The position numbers and the translations under genes are program-made. The notes under the pieces were generated by a model. That model did not search any database and was not told where the DNA came from. It saw nothing but the letters and a program-made list of their open reading frames with translations. 64,000 nucleotides of DNA from Phoronis australis (Eukaryota > Animalia > Phoronida), in NCBI GenBank assembly GCA_002633005.1, contig NMRA01000045.1:437627-501626 (forward strand), in the 5' to 3' direction. Below, one piece after another: positions 1 to 11,380 of the stretch (its first letter is position 1; every line of letters begins with the position of its first letter).

Positions 1-72
1 GTCCGCCTCAGAGAAAAAGTCCGAGAAAATGAGACAAAAGTCCACTAAATAAGCACAAATGCGCAATTCACA

Positions 73-855
73 GTGGTGCCCCCGTTTTTGTTTTTTTTTA
101 GTCCACATGCTTTTTTGTTACCATCGAGCCCCCCATATTGAAGGCTGGGTGCGAGCATGCCAATATCATCCATATCACTGCCGAAGTTCTTAGCTACCGG
201 TAATATCTCCAGACAATATTTATATATTTTCGTGTTATTACTTTGACAACTTCCAAACAAACTGGTGCCTGCTAGAGACGCACTACAGTAACAACGGGTG
301 CCAGGGAGAGCACACCCACATCTGGTGGTGCCCCCGTTTTTTTTAGTCCACATGCTTTTTTGTTACCAAAAGGTCCACAACGTCAGGAATTCGAGCCCCC
401 CATATTGAAGGCTGGGTGCGAGCATGCCAATATCATCCATATCACTGCCGAAGTTCTTAGCTACCGGTAATATCTCCAGACAATATTTATATATTTTCGT
501 GTTATTACTTTGACAACTTCCAAACAAACTGGTGCCTGCTAGAGACGCACTACAGTAACAACGGGTGCCAGGGAGAGCACACCCACATCTGGTGGTGCCC
601 CCGTTTTTTTTAGTCCACATGCTTTTTTGTTACCAAAAGGTCCACAACGTCAGGAATTCGAGCCCCCCATATTGAAGGCTGGGTGCGAGCATGCCAATAT
701 CATCCATATCACTGCCGAAGTTCTTAGCTACCGGTAATATCTCCAGACAATATTTATATCTTTTCGTGTTATTACTTTGACAACTTCCAAACAAACTGGT
801 GCCTGCTAGAGACGCACTACAGTAACAACGGGTGCCAGGGAGAGCACACCCACAT
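73..855. repeat. Tandem array of a 267-bp unit, about 3 near-identical copies
   Basis: Unit start GTGGTGCCCCCGTTTT recurs at 73, 325 and 592 (592-325=267). Copy 1 lacks about 22 nt (AAAGGTCCACAACGTCAGGAAT) present in copies 2 and 3. This explains the duplicated ORFs 45..353 and 363..620. Confidence 0.95.
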
Positions 856-1643
856 TTTAATATACATAACAGTGTCGTGTCCTTGGAGAAGTGGCAATGT
901 GCAAGGATGATGCAAGACGCGCAGAATTCCGTGCATGTGCGTACCTCAGTGCAAATGCACTGATTTGGACTTCAATCCTAAACATACGACCCAGGAATAA
1001 GGCGAAAAAGTATGCTGAATTGTTCTGGTGTTTTACTTGATGCTTGGTTATTTTGGATTGGATGGGTCAAAAACATAAACCTCTCTGGAATGCATCGATT
1101 TAGGAGGACCTCGATTAGGTTTTGAGAACAAGTCGATTAATATCTCCAACTTCATTACAATTTGGAGACGGCTGGGTAGGTTAAGAATTTTAAGATTCGT
1201 ACCGCGTGCGAAAATACGAGTGTCTTGGTTTCTGAGTATGTTCTCAGTTAAGAAATGCAATTTACCGATCATTCAGTTTATTGTTTTCTCAGTCGTGGCT
1301 TTTCGCCCTTACTGACTGCAAGCGAAAAGTTGAAAATCTGCAGGAAATTCGTACAACTCTTCAGATTTTGTAAAAACTCTAACAGATCGGCCCCTACTTA
1401 TAAAGTTTTAGAACCTGGGAGGTTTGGGCAGGTACAGTGGACTCTGTGGGTTCACTGTAATCACATACGCGTATTTTGCTTATTTTCTGAAACATGGAAA
1501 ATTCACCTTGGACTTAGTTATATTAGATTTTGTGAACAGTTATGAAATCTTTGGCCCAGCATACTCCTAGAGGTGCGCAGGGCGCTACGGTGGGCCCATT
1601 GCACTGATCACCTAGAACCATTTTTATGCTGTATTAGTATATA

Positions 1644-1765
1644 ATTGAAACGGAAATGAAGAATTAGAGAACTGACTCAAGGGTCTAGCAGTGTGTCCCA
1701 TTGGGGCTCGAACACAAAACCTTGAGTGAAGGAAGCCGACACTTATCCCAATAGGCCACACTGCC
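1644..1765 (-). mobile_element. tRNA-derived SINE, 5' fragment
   Basis: Minus strand reads GGCAGTGTGGCCTATTGG (A box-like)...GTGTTCGAGCCC (B box-like)...CACTGCTAGACCCTTGAGTCAG. It aligns by eye with the + strand copy at 15936-16260. Confidence 0.75.
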
Positions 1766-3597
1766 TTATAATAACCATGCTATTTCAGGTTTTGTACTCC
1801 CAGTAGGGCAGAGGTAGAGCTGCGTGGACTAAAACCGGCAGGAATTGTTGAATGCCATATTAGTATGATGTTGAACTGCAGCCGAAAGTTACAATGTTAT
1901 ATACCAACCTTTATGAAAGATCCAGTAGAGATGACCAATTTTTATTTAGTTCTATTAACCAATGGCAACCCAGTCATCATCATTTAACATTGCAGCTATC
2001 GTACTACTAGGAAAGGGTGTGCTACCGATATATGTAGACTAATAGCTTCCTCGTGTAGCCTTTTTGCTTGTTCCTTACTTCTGTATAGTAACCAGATGCA
2101 GGTATTGATAAACACATTTTACTAGCATGATTTTCCATTTAATGGCCAGTATTGGATCCTAATTTTCCATTTAATGACCACCACGCCATCTCAAAAAGGG
2201 TCAAGTCAAAACTGCAGTGATCGGGGGTCAACAAATGATGACGTTTCCTCTTTTTGTGAATCATTGACATTACTGGTAGACCGCATGTACAATAAGCTTC
2301 AATTTTGTGAAAAATATGGGAACAAGGACCGTCGTTAGTAATTGATGAAAGCAGTCTAGAAAGTAACATTTGACAAAATTAAAATTTTGAAACTATCACG
2401 TCATCTGTCTGCAGTAGAACGGAGAGCGGGACGTGACAGGTGCAACTGGGTAAAGCTAGGCAGCGTCCCGTAGGTGTAAAAGTTCGCGCTCTAGTTTCTT
2501 TACCTGCTTGGCTTTTAATGCATGGTAATATCTCGCAGTCTTTTATTTTCGCGATTTCTTGGCCTACAGAATGCAGGTCATTGCTCTGCTCCGTAGGCGA
2601 AAAAGCAACAACCCGCAACTAGGAAGTCTTCGCGAGATATTTCCAGGTATTACAAGCCAAGCACGTGGTCGAATAGCTTTTCTCGCAAACCTCTTAGTTG
2701 ACAGTTCTATGAAACTCGGTGACTGAACCCAAACTTCCCTATCGGCAACCAATGCAGGTGCAGAAAACCTGAAAACGCGAAAAGCTTGCAAACCTATTTT
2801 AAGGACGTAGCTGTTGCCACTGTTAATCCTGCTTGCTTTTTCAAGATCAGAGAACTATTGGACCGAATGAGTTGCTTCAGTGAAGGTTTTCGAATGAAGT
2901 GTTGCATTATTTGATGGTTCTAACGAGGATTTGGTTCGTTGTAGGCAGCAATCAACACAACTGATTTCTTGTTTTACCGCAGAATCGTAGCTGTCTGAAC
3001 TCGTTTTTTACTGGCGCCATATCTGTTGGTCAAGGTATATGAAGCGGATAGTAAAGATGCCTGCAAACACTTTTTGTATATGGGCAGATGGCATATTGCG
3101 GCAACATACTTTGTAGTCGCCTTTGAAACATAGATGTACTGTGCCATGTCATCGGCAACACAATCATTAGACTGAGGAAACTGACAGGACAACCGATACG
3201 GTCAGATTCCCAAGTACACCAGCTTCCGTCTATCACTCTAAAATGGCACAATAAAACCCGATGGATTCCCCTTTCTTTCAATGTAGCGATGTTTTTGGGT
3301 ATTTTTCATAATCAAGCGGACAAACATGTATTAATTTTCTGACTATAAAAGTAATGTAATCGAGCCATGTAACCTATATAGGACTAGACGAAAACTTCAT
3401 ACATAGAAGCATGGGCATAAAAACGCGCATACATAGCATATATTTCAAGTACCATAGGAAAATAAACAGAATGCAGATGGTGTTGGCGGGTGTTCTAATG
3501 GGGCTATTCGGAGAATTCTCCTCGCGGTGTCGCTGCTGTACTAGTGGTGATTAAATTGCGCATGCGTGGCTGTCTGCATGTAAACAACTGGTAAAAG

Positions 3598-4620
3598 ATG
3601 GAATTTTTATCAAAATACGTCGTCGCGCTAAGCCTTATTACTGCTAATTTCCCTGGTGCAAGTCTTCGACAGGTGGCCACAAATATCCAAAAGACCTAAG
3701 GTTACTATATTCGTGGACAATTGTGGTCAACAGGGTCAACTAACTGACAAAAAGTGTGTGGATGCTGAAGCCCCGTGTGTGCTCTATGTCTATGACTATG
3801 AGTAATGAGTATGTAGTTCCATTCGGAGACTACACAACATTACTTGGTAAGTTTTTAGCAATCAGTTTCTATCAACATCGTTCGGTGATGTTATCCCCAC
3901 CAGTTACCCCACTGAATAACAGTTTTATTGAGTGGAACTAAGTGTTTCTTTTTGGAAACTCACCCGATGCCGGGTAGGCTAGCAGCACATATTCATATTG
4001 TCCTGGGTGGGAGTGCTCCCAAAATAAGAGGTGTATGGTACGTGATGCACAGAAGTCAAGAGTGACTTTTTCACAGCAGTTTCTCTTCAAAACTATGCTG
4101 TTTCCAATAAAATTCTCTAGATGAGTGAGTTTCCTTATTTTATCGTGGACCCCACCCCCAGGACCACCAGCTCAGTTATCGAATTAACATGAATAAGCCT
4201 TAATTCAGTAAATGTCGTAACATTGCATTGGAAAAAATTGACACCTAGAATGAATTTTACTTGTTGAGATCAGAAGCACATTTTAAGTGTCATGAAAAAT
4301 ACACATTGTTAAATCACTTTTAGCCTGTTTCACATATTTTAATTCAGATATTAAATAAGACTTGGGTACAAAGGTTATTAGTTTCTACACATAAACATGA
4401 AGATGAAATGTCAAGTATGTTCTGCCTTACAAAAGTAGTTTTGTCTTGTCTTTTCTTTTACAATTTGCTAATATTTCTATTCTGTTACAGGCAAGAAAAA
4501 ACAACTGAAACCAACCGCCTGACCATCTATTTCACCGTTGGACAAAGTGAAAAGCAATCCTTCAGCAATAACCTGAGAGAATTGAACGTAATTCAGAAAT
4601 TCAGCACCTGATATGCCTGA
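3598..4620 (+). pseudogene. THAP zinc-finger N-terminus of a transposase (disrupted; no DDE domain seen)
   Basis: Exon ~3598-3846 (frameshift near the start) translates as PYYC*FPWCKSSTGGHKYPKDLRLLYSWTIVVNRVN*LTKSVWMLKPRVCSM. GT donor at 3847, AG acceptor at 4489-4490, then GKKKQLKPTA*PSISP, a degenerate THAP AVPSIF box. Contains stops. Confidence 0.75.
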
Positions 4621-4871
4621 TTATGGACTCCCTCGCAATGTTGTTTCTTTCTGTGCTTTTTCAGTTTGCCATTTGTTTTTAAATACACTGATAATTGTTT
4701 ATTCTCGAATCTTGTGCATAGCAGATTCTTATCCAGCTAGCTACAATTGAAAACATACAATAAGACAATCGATGCAGTCACTGAATGTCATTTCCCCATA
4801 ATCTGTACCAAATTGAAAAGTTTTTACCAATAGTATAAAGCCTTTCTTCTGAAAGGAAAATTTAATGTCAC

Positions 4872-6936
4872 TCAGCTTTTGGCTTTCATTTCACTGGGTT
4901 CTAGTTTCAATGGCCTATAGAAGCGCTTGTAAAAAAGGTCCAGTTTCAACACGTGGCTTTCTTTCATGTAACCTCATTCAGCCTCAATAACATCCACAAT
5001 TAGACCCTTGAAGGTAAACACAGCAGCATATCACTTGAATCGTTTTGAGCCCAAAATCAGACTCTGAACTAGACCAGAGTGTGACTAGGTCTTCTTTAGC
5101 TTCAGTCCCTCATGTTTCTTCCAGGAAAGGAAATAAGCTATTGTCCACACATGACTCATTGCCTATGAAAGGGCATCCTCACCAACAAGGCTTATTTGTG
5201 TAGCAGTCAGATATAGTTCGTCTGGATACACAGACACTCCACTGGCACATTGTCTTATGGTAACTTAGTACTGCGATTCACATTTCTCCAGGGCCACTGA
5301 CTTGCACATTGTGCCATGCAGCACTGCTGGTGTGTGGAAGTGCTGTGGGAAGAGAACGGAGTAACAAAGCTTGTCTATGATACAGCTTGAAGTGGCCTTA
5401 AAATGTCACTGAACCTGGAACAAATATTGAAATATGAATAATTAAGTACTCCAGATTGGATCAAAAATGTTATCCCTGTTTTTCAAAAATATATGGTGAT
5501 TGGTCTACAGTTTCACATAAAAGTAAATAATTACTATTTTCAGAAACCAAGGGTGTATATAATGAGTATTGCATAAAACTGTGTCTTTATTTTTTATCCC
5601 TAGCCATAACAATTCTTTAAACGCATCACTTGTCTGTAAAATATACAAGTTTTTTGAGACAACTTCAAACCTTTGTTACCCATTTTCAAGCCTTTTTAAT
5701 TTTGATACTTTCAGCAATTTTAAACTCAGATTACAGGTTCATGGGTCTGTCAAGCATACTTCTAGCCTAAGGTTGAGGGAACCGTTTTTCTTCTAATAGA
5801 AGATATGAAGACTTGGGTCATTTAAAAATGATGGATAATCTTTCTGTTGTTTAAGAGTAATTACAAATCGTAAGGCACCATCAAAAATGCAATTTTCACA
5901 AAAATGGCAGTCATTTGAATTTATAACGACTTGCAACATTTCAAGGCATGAGTTAAGACTATTCAGTCACTGTGAATTCGGAAAATGTAATATATTTTCG
6001 TGGTTTTACAATTGATACAAGTAGCAAAACAGTTTCATGAAATCAACTTGAAGGGACTTCGTGAAGGTTAAGAATTACCTCACCATGCTCTTTTCCCCAA
6101 ACATGTATTACCTGTTATTTCCACACATTCAGTTGTACCAAATATTACAACCCCCCATGCCAATCCCCCCTCGGGACCTGAATAAGTAATTTAACAAAAT
6201 GACTTTAAAAATAGCTGTTCCTTTTCAAAGGCTTTGTTCGTTGTCTCCAATATTGAAAGTAGGCTTTGACAACAGATCTGCACTGGATGGGAAGATCTTG
6301 TTGGTTAGCTGCAGTCAAATGCTAAAAACCAATTTTTGTCCATTCAGGGACGGTGCAGAAGCGATGCATATCTCCTCTGCACGGTACAAGCCTTCAAACC
6401 TAAAAACCAAAGGTTACGTGAAAACTGACGTGATAGATTTCCATTTCAACGTGTAATAGATTTCCAGAAGACATATGATAGGGAGTAAACAAATAGTCTA
6501 ATGCAATGGATATTTATCACTCACGTACCCTTTGCCATTGGGATTGGATTGTAATCTTAACTCATTAACCTGTATCGAGTTGACAGCATAAACATTCAGC
6601 ATTGATTGATGTAACTGTCACTGATAAACTTTTAGAAATCATTCCAAACAATAATAATGCTTTGATGTACGAAAAGATCCCGATTGCTACGTCAAGTATC
6701 GTATCACATATCACAACATACAAAGATTAACCAGACTCTGACTGGCGACTGACTGCCGCGAAGTCGACATCGGCGAGTGCCTCAGTTAACAGGCATCGGT
6801 AGAATAATCATGGAATAATCGTTAAAATAATCACAAACCTTACCTTTGTATGAGGTCGTGCTTACTTCCTCTCATAGAAGCACCCTTTTTACGCAATCTC
6901 AGATTCAGTAGGCACGGCTGCAAGCCATTTCACCAT
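4872..6936 (-). pseudogene. SAP-domain plus YqaJ/lambda-exonuclease-like accessory gene of the transposon (disrupted)
   Basis: Exon 6936-6844 gives SAP-like LRLRKKGASMRGSKHDLIQR followed by a GTAAGG donor; the next acceptor opens an exon at 6399. Exon 5414-4872 gives RFSDI..DKLCYSVLFPQHFHTPAVLHG..VALEKCESQY*VTIRQC..LVGED..GLKLKKT*SH..VQ..VFTFKGLIVDVI..LKLDLFYKRFYRP, matching the layout of a eukaryotic YqaJ domain. Stops and frameshifts throughout. Confidence 0.7.
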
Positions 6937-8939
6937 GTATTTAAAGGGCTCGCGAAATCGAGGCTGTTAATCTATCACCACTAGTACACGCACGCCCTCT
7001 AGTTATTGTAGATTTTCCGAATAGCCCCATTTGACAGTTGATCGATGGTGGGTTTTTTGGTGTTTTTGATATGGAATTGGTAATGGTAAGCACTTGATAA
7101 TGCTGGGGTTGTGTTTCATTTCACATCCGAATTACAGGGGCTTGCATTGTCTTTGCATAGTGTACTGTTTCACCAGTGGAAAGGACCATGAGAGAACAAA
7201 TAACCTGTCGTCAATAACAGAGGCTGAAAATGTGATACTAGGTAGGGTTTTCCACACTATCTGTGTGCAAAGGGAGGTTCACATATTACCTCATCAATAT
7301 AGGGGCAGGGGGTTGGAAAGACGAGCACTTATGGAGGGGGTTAGACTCATGGTGACCTCATCATTAGAATAGCTACATCAAAGAACTTGTGTTAGGAAAC
7401 TAGTTCACCTCACTAGGCTTACCTTATAATCACCTTACAGACAAGCAACAGACCAACTCCATCACTGCCTAAACAGGGGATGGCTGTGATGATGTAACTA
7501 CAAGATGGACAGGGGTGCACCCTGATGACGGGTGATGTTTTTTGCAAATCTTAAATAAAAACGGTGTTCTATTGAGTCTAGTTCTCAAGTGTGAGATTAC
7601 CCTGGAGACTTACAAAACAGCTTGGACTTCTCCGAGGAATGGCATGTGGATGTCACATGGATTGGTGTCGGCATTCTGTAATCTCTGGTAAGGCCTCCAG
7701 CCTTTTCACGAGCAACTTGGGGATTTTGTTGCAATAATTGTAACGTGTGTAAGTCTGCTTTGTATTTATGGTACCAACGAAAATGTCGGAACCATGTTTA
7801 ATTGCAACTTAATGGCATTTTCTGTTTTGTTTTCACAATTCCAAAATACATACTTTATCCAGACATGTACATAACCATAGTGATACACATGCACACACGC
7901 ACATATATACACAACAATTAGTTCTGACAAAGACACAATAGAATTTCAGACATACATCTACCCGGTAATAACAAAAAACGTTTTATTTTCTAATACTGGG
8001 TTCACAGCAGTGGCAAAAATGCCAGCAGTTTTTCCAGGACTAAAACACTCCCGATTAAGCCAGACTGGTTGTCCTCAAAAGTGTCAGCAATTAGGTCTGT
8101 TTCTTCAAACATCCAAATTGTCGTTTGAAAAAAGCGACAATTAATATCAAAGCACCTTCACAATTGGTTCACACATAACGAAAACAACACCCATGACCTT
8201 TTAAAGGACCTTTCCCACTGGCTCCAAAGCTTTGGAGTTGCCAAAGCTTCAGTCAATGAGAATGAAGTTAACAGTATGAGTTAACTCTGAAGCAAAGAGG
8301 TGGGTTTAACAGCGAAGTGAACACTTTGGAGATATCGGCATGAATCATTGCCTGCGTTTACCAACATGACTTTTCAGCAAAAGCAAACTCTTTTTGAGCT
8401 GTTGGAACAACATTACGGTATGTCGATTTCTATAATAAATTGTCTTAAGATTTAAAGCCCGAGCTGTTAACACTATCACAAATATTGAATGGCATCAAGG
8501 GACCAGTGGTTTTATGCAACACATTACAATCTACATATAACTAAATCAAAAACGATTTAACAGATTTTAAAAATTTAATTAGTGAAGTACGGGGTATCCT
8601 CTAAAAATTGAGTTTGAGCAAAAACCTTCTCTTGATTTCACAGTACGAGTAAAAACAATTATGCTCATTCAAGAAGTCATTAGTATAGAAGTGATGATGC
8701 TCCACCCTCAGAAAGAAGAACAAGAGCAATGCAGAGCATTGAAATGTGCCCGTGACAGCAATGCAAATGGTGTGCTGGTGTATTTGGAGCAAATACATTT
8801 TATTTTCTGCTGTTGATAAATGTTAATGGAATGTTAATAGGACTCTACTTTTGTTAAATGATGTATGAATATTATTTAAGATGTTATAGTACTATACTCT
8901 TTGTTTTTAGTAAAAATTTGATTTTTCTGAATACTTTGG

Positions 8940-9140
8940 TTTTTAAAACTTATGTTGTTGGAAAACTTCAGTTTTCAAAAGTTAATTTCTTTGAAAACTT
9001 AAGTTCTGAAAACTTAAGTTCTGAAAAAATTAAGTTTTTCAAGAACTTAAGCCTTGAGAACTTAAGTATGCTCCAAAAAACTTGTTCCAAAATACTTAAG
9101 TTTTTGGAACTTAAATTTTTGAAAAACTATGTATTTTGAA
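8940..9140. repeat. Degenerate minisatellite of AAAACTTAAGTT(CTG/TTT)-like units
   Basis: Repeated GAAAACTTAAGTTCT / AACTTAAG / AAAACTT motifs at roughly 15-20 nt spacing; the core AACTTAAGTT is palindromic. Confidence 0.6.
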
Positions 9141-9360
9141 ACAAACTTATGGTTATCTCAAACCTTATTTATGTAGTGACCTGCATTCTAACTCCTGTAT
9201 CAAAAAACTAGGCTATGTCAACAAGTAAAAGAACAAATTTTCTGAAAGAAAAAATATCAAAGATTAAAAATATGTTTTACATTCATGTGCCATTACTCTT
9301 AATATAACATCACAACAACCGATTTGGTACCCTTCAGGTTGCCAATGTGAGCTCACATTG

Positions 9361-10250
9361 CGTTTGGTGACCTGGGAAAAATTCCAAATCGCCACGAGGT
9401 CATCACTATGCGTATCAAAGTCAGACAATATTTCCCTCTAAATTCATTTCAAGGTTCATGTTGACTTCCAAACCAGCAATCTTCCTAGATTTATTACTTT
9501 TGATTCACAATACATCCGTTTATTTCTGGACTTCCAATGCATTTGCAACCATGTTTAAATTACAAAAAGAAATAAACAGACAAAAGTTGAGAAAGATTGG
9601 TGAAATTCGTGCCACAAGGCCATGCGGTCACCTGGCTCACCCGTTGGTTGTCTGAGGAATAACTGAGTTAGATACTGAATGTATGAGCAATTAAGGGAAA
9701 ATCAGAAAGTGGGTGCCATTGCCTTTTTTCTGGCTGACAGAATTTAAGGTGAATAGGAAACCAACCTAATTCATTTGGTGCCGATATTATTGTTTTAAGT
9801 TAGGTGATTTCAGATTTCGTTTGCCGACCTGAGATTTTTGCCAGGTCGTCAAATCCAACTTTGCATTTAGGTAAGCCTCGAGCACTATGTTACCAATTTT
9901 TATAAGAAAAACTTAATTTTTAAGAAAGGTACATTCATAGCAAAATATTCCGTAATTTGATTTAAAAAACATTTTAAATGAAAACTTCACAATTTACAGC
10001 AAAAACGTTGATACGAATGTTTACTCATTTGGTGTTGTTCCTATGTCAAATTAACTCGCAAAACAAGGTATTTTTGTAATAAATAGCAGGTGCTTGTAAC
10101 CTGCGACTCACTAATTCTACCTCAAATTGTGTTTACCGACCTCCGGACCTCAGTTTGTGTTTGGCGACCTGAGAAAAATTCCAAGTCGCCACTGCGAATA
10201 TCAAAGTCAGACAATAATTCCCTCTAAATTCGTTTCTAAGTTTACTTCCA
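9361..10250. repeat. Pair of diverged ~100-bp direct repeats (9361-9470 and 10158-10250) with a partial third copy near 9818
   Basis: TTTGG(T/C)GACCTG(G/A)GAAAAATTCCAA(A/G)TCGCCAC...TATCAAAGTCAGACAATA(T/A)TTCCCTCTAAATTC occurs at both positions. Probably transposon remnants. Confidence 0.7.
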
Positions 10251-10730
10251 AACTTACTAAATTAGCAGAGCGTAATTAAATTAATTATCATTAATTTTGT
10301 TAAGTCGGTTGACAATGAATTGAAGAGAGGAGTTTACCTCTAGACCTATTCAAATAGGTCAGTGGTACATTTTGGTAAGCAACACACGCCAAACCATGCC
10401 CCGGGAATACTGAAAGAAACCCAAGTATGAAACGTACAATAAAAATTGAGTATCTATTAAAAATCGAGTATCTGTGGTTAAAGCACGCCGTGTGGATTTA
10501 TCTTTTTTACAACTTCCTGTGTCCATGATATGCTACATGTCGTGCATCAACTCACTGGTCATTTACCATGCAATTTACACCTCGTTAAGTCGATCTTATG
10601 GTACTTGGAAGTTGGTGAATGAAAGTATTGTGAATTGTGGGATGTGTACAAGAGTGAGGCATAATTTGTCAAAAAGCTTTCGACTTATGAAGATTCTATA
10701 GGAGCTCCTATACCGTCTCCGTAAAAGACT

Positions 10731-10854
10731 AGTAAACATGTCCCCCTTCAAAATGGCTGCTGGGAACCAGTTTTCAAGGAATAACAGCCACGTCTGTTAT
10801 TTAGTGAAAACTGGTTCCTGGCAGCCATTTTGAAGAGGGACCTATTGATTTACT
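10731..10854. repeat. Fold-back inverted repeat (MITE-like hairpin)
   Basis: CTTCAAAATGGCTGCTGGGAACCAGTTTTCA..AATAACAG / CTGTTATT..TGAAAACTGGTTCCTGGCAGCCATTTTGAAG around a short loop near 10788-10793. Confidence 0.85.
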
Positions 10855-11120
10855 TTACTTTTACCTACCGTCTCTACTGATGCCAGCCAGAAACGGTGGT
10901 CACTGTCTAGACAGGCAACATGTAGCCCCTCGGCTAGCTGGCTGAGGCCTGCGGCATTCAGGGCGATGTAATTGCTTACTGACAGTAGTAGACCTACTGT
11001 CTAGACTCTGTCACAACTACTACAGACAGTACTACTACTACTAATCAAGGTGATATTAACTACAATCTACAGTCTATGACTAATGTTGTGAAAGTGCTTC
11101 CGGTGAATCATATATGAGCC

Positions 11121-11380
11121 TGTTAGCCACTCGCTATCTAGCAATTGCCTAGCTGAATGGTTAGCACGCTTGCCAGTTTTATGGGGGTCGCTGGTTCGAT
11201 TCCCGAGGTCGGGTAATCTCGCCTATTACAATGGCGTAGTTGGCAAATGGATGATCTACCGATGAAGCACTGCCAACTATAGGCAATGACCATTGCCTCT
11301 GTTGGCCCGAACCAGAGGCGATGCAGAGGCTATAGGCGCTCTGTACGCCGGAAGCTTTTCGGCGAATTATGCCTCGCACC
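11121..11380 (+). mobile_element. 5' end of a miniature non-autonomous LTR retrotransposon with a tRNA-derived LTR (Helenus/TRIM-like), running into an assembly gap
   Basis: LTR TGT...ACA at 11121-11230 contains A box TAGCTGAATGG (11150-11160) and B box GGTTCGATTCC (11193-11203). After a 1-nt spacer comes PBS TGGCGTAGTTGGCA (11232-11245), complementary to the 3' end of metazoan tRNA-Ser with one G-U pair. Hairpin-rich internal sequence continues to the N gap at 11381. Confidence 0.75.

Larger units (their letters stand above)
3500..7028. mobile_element. Decayed, internally deleted ISL2EU-type (PIF/Harbinger-related) DNA transposon
   Basis: Perfect 13-bp TIR GGGGCTATTCGGA at 3500-3512 and its reverse complement at 7016-7028. 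A second subterminal inverted block TGTACTAGTGGTGAT lies at 3537-3551 / 6974-6988. AT flanks both ends (3498-3499, 7029-7030). Convergent THAP and SAP/YqaJ pseudogenes lie inside, the gene content typical of ISL2EU. Confidence 0.85.

Noticed and set aside
45-620. Duplicated Cys-rich small proteins
   Set aside because: They are translations of the 267-bp tandem repeat, with no signal peptide, splice structure or recognisable family.
1573-1615. Helitron 3' end (hairpin plus CTAG)
   Set aside because: The hairpin is imperfect, CTAG is not followed by T, and no matching 5' TC end was identified.
2139-3330. Protein-coding gene from several short minus-strand ORFs
   Set aside because: Frames are broken by stops and no domain was recognised; possibly an old TE relic but not supportable.
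11140-11215. Functional tRNA gene (also 13570-13650, 15940-16010, 1690-1765)
   Set aside because: A and B boxes are present, but acceptor and anticodon stems do not pair properly. Context indicates LTR- or SINE-embedded tRNA-derived sequence.
11255-11300. Hammerhead ribozyme in the LTR element (CCGATGA)
   Set aside because: The core deviates from CTGANGA, and no downstream GAAA with a compatible stem III is visible before the gap.
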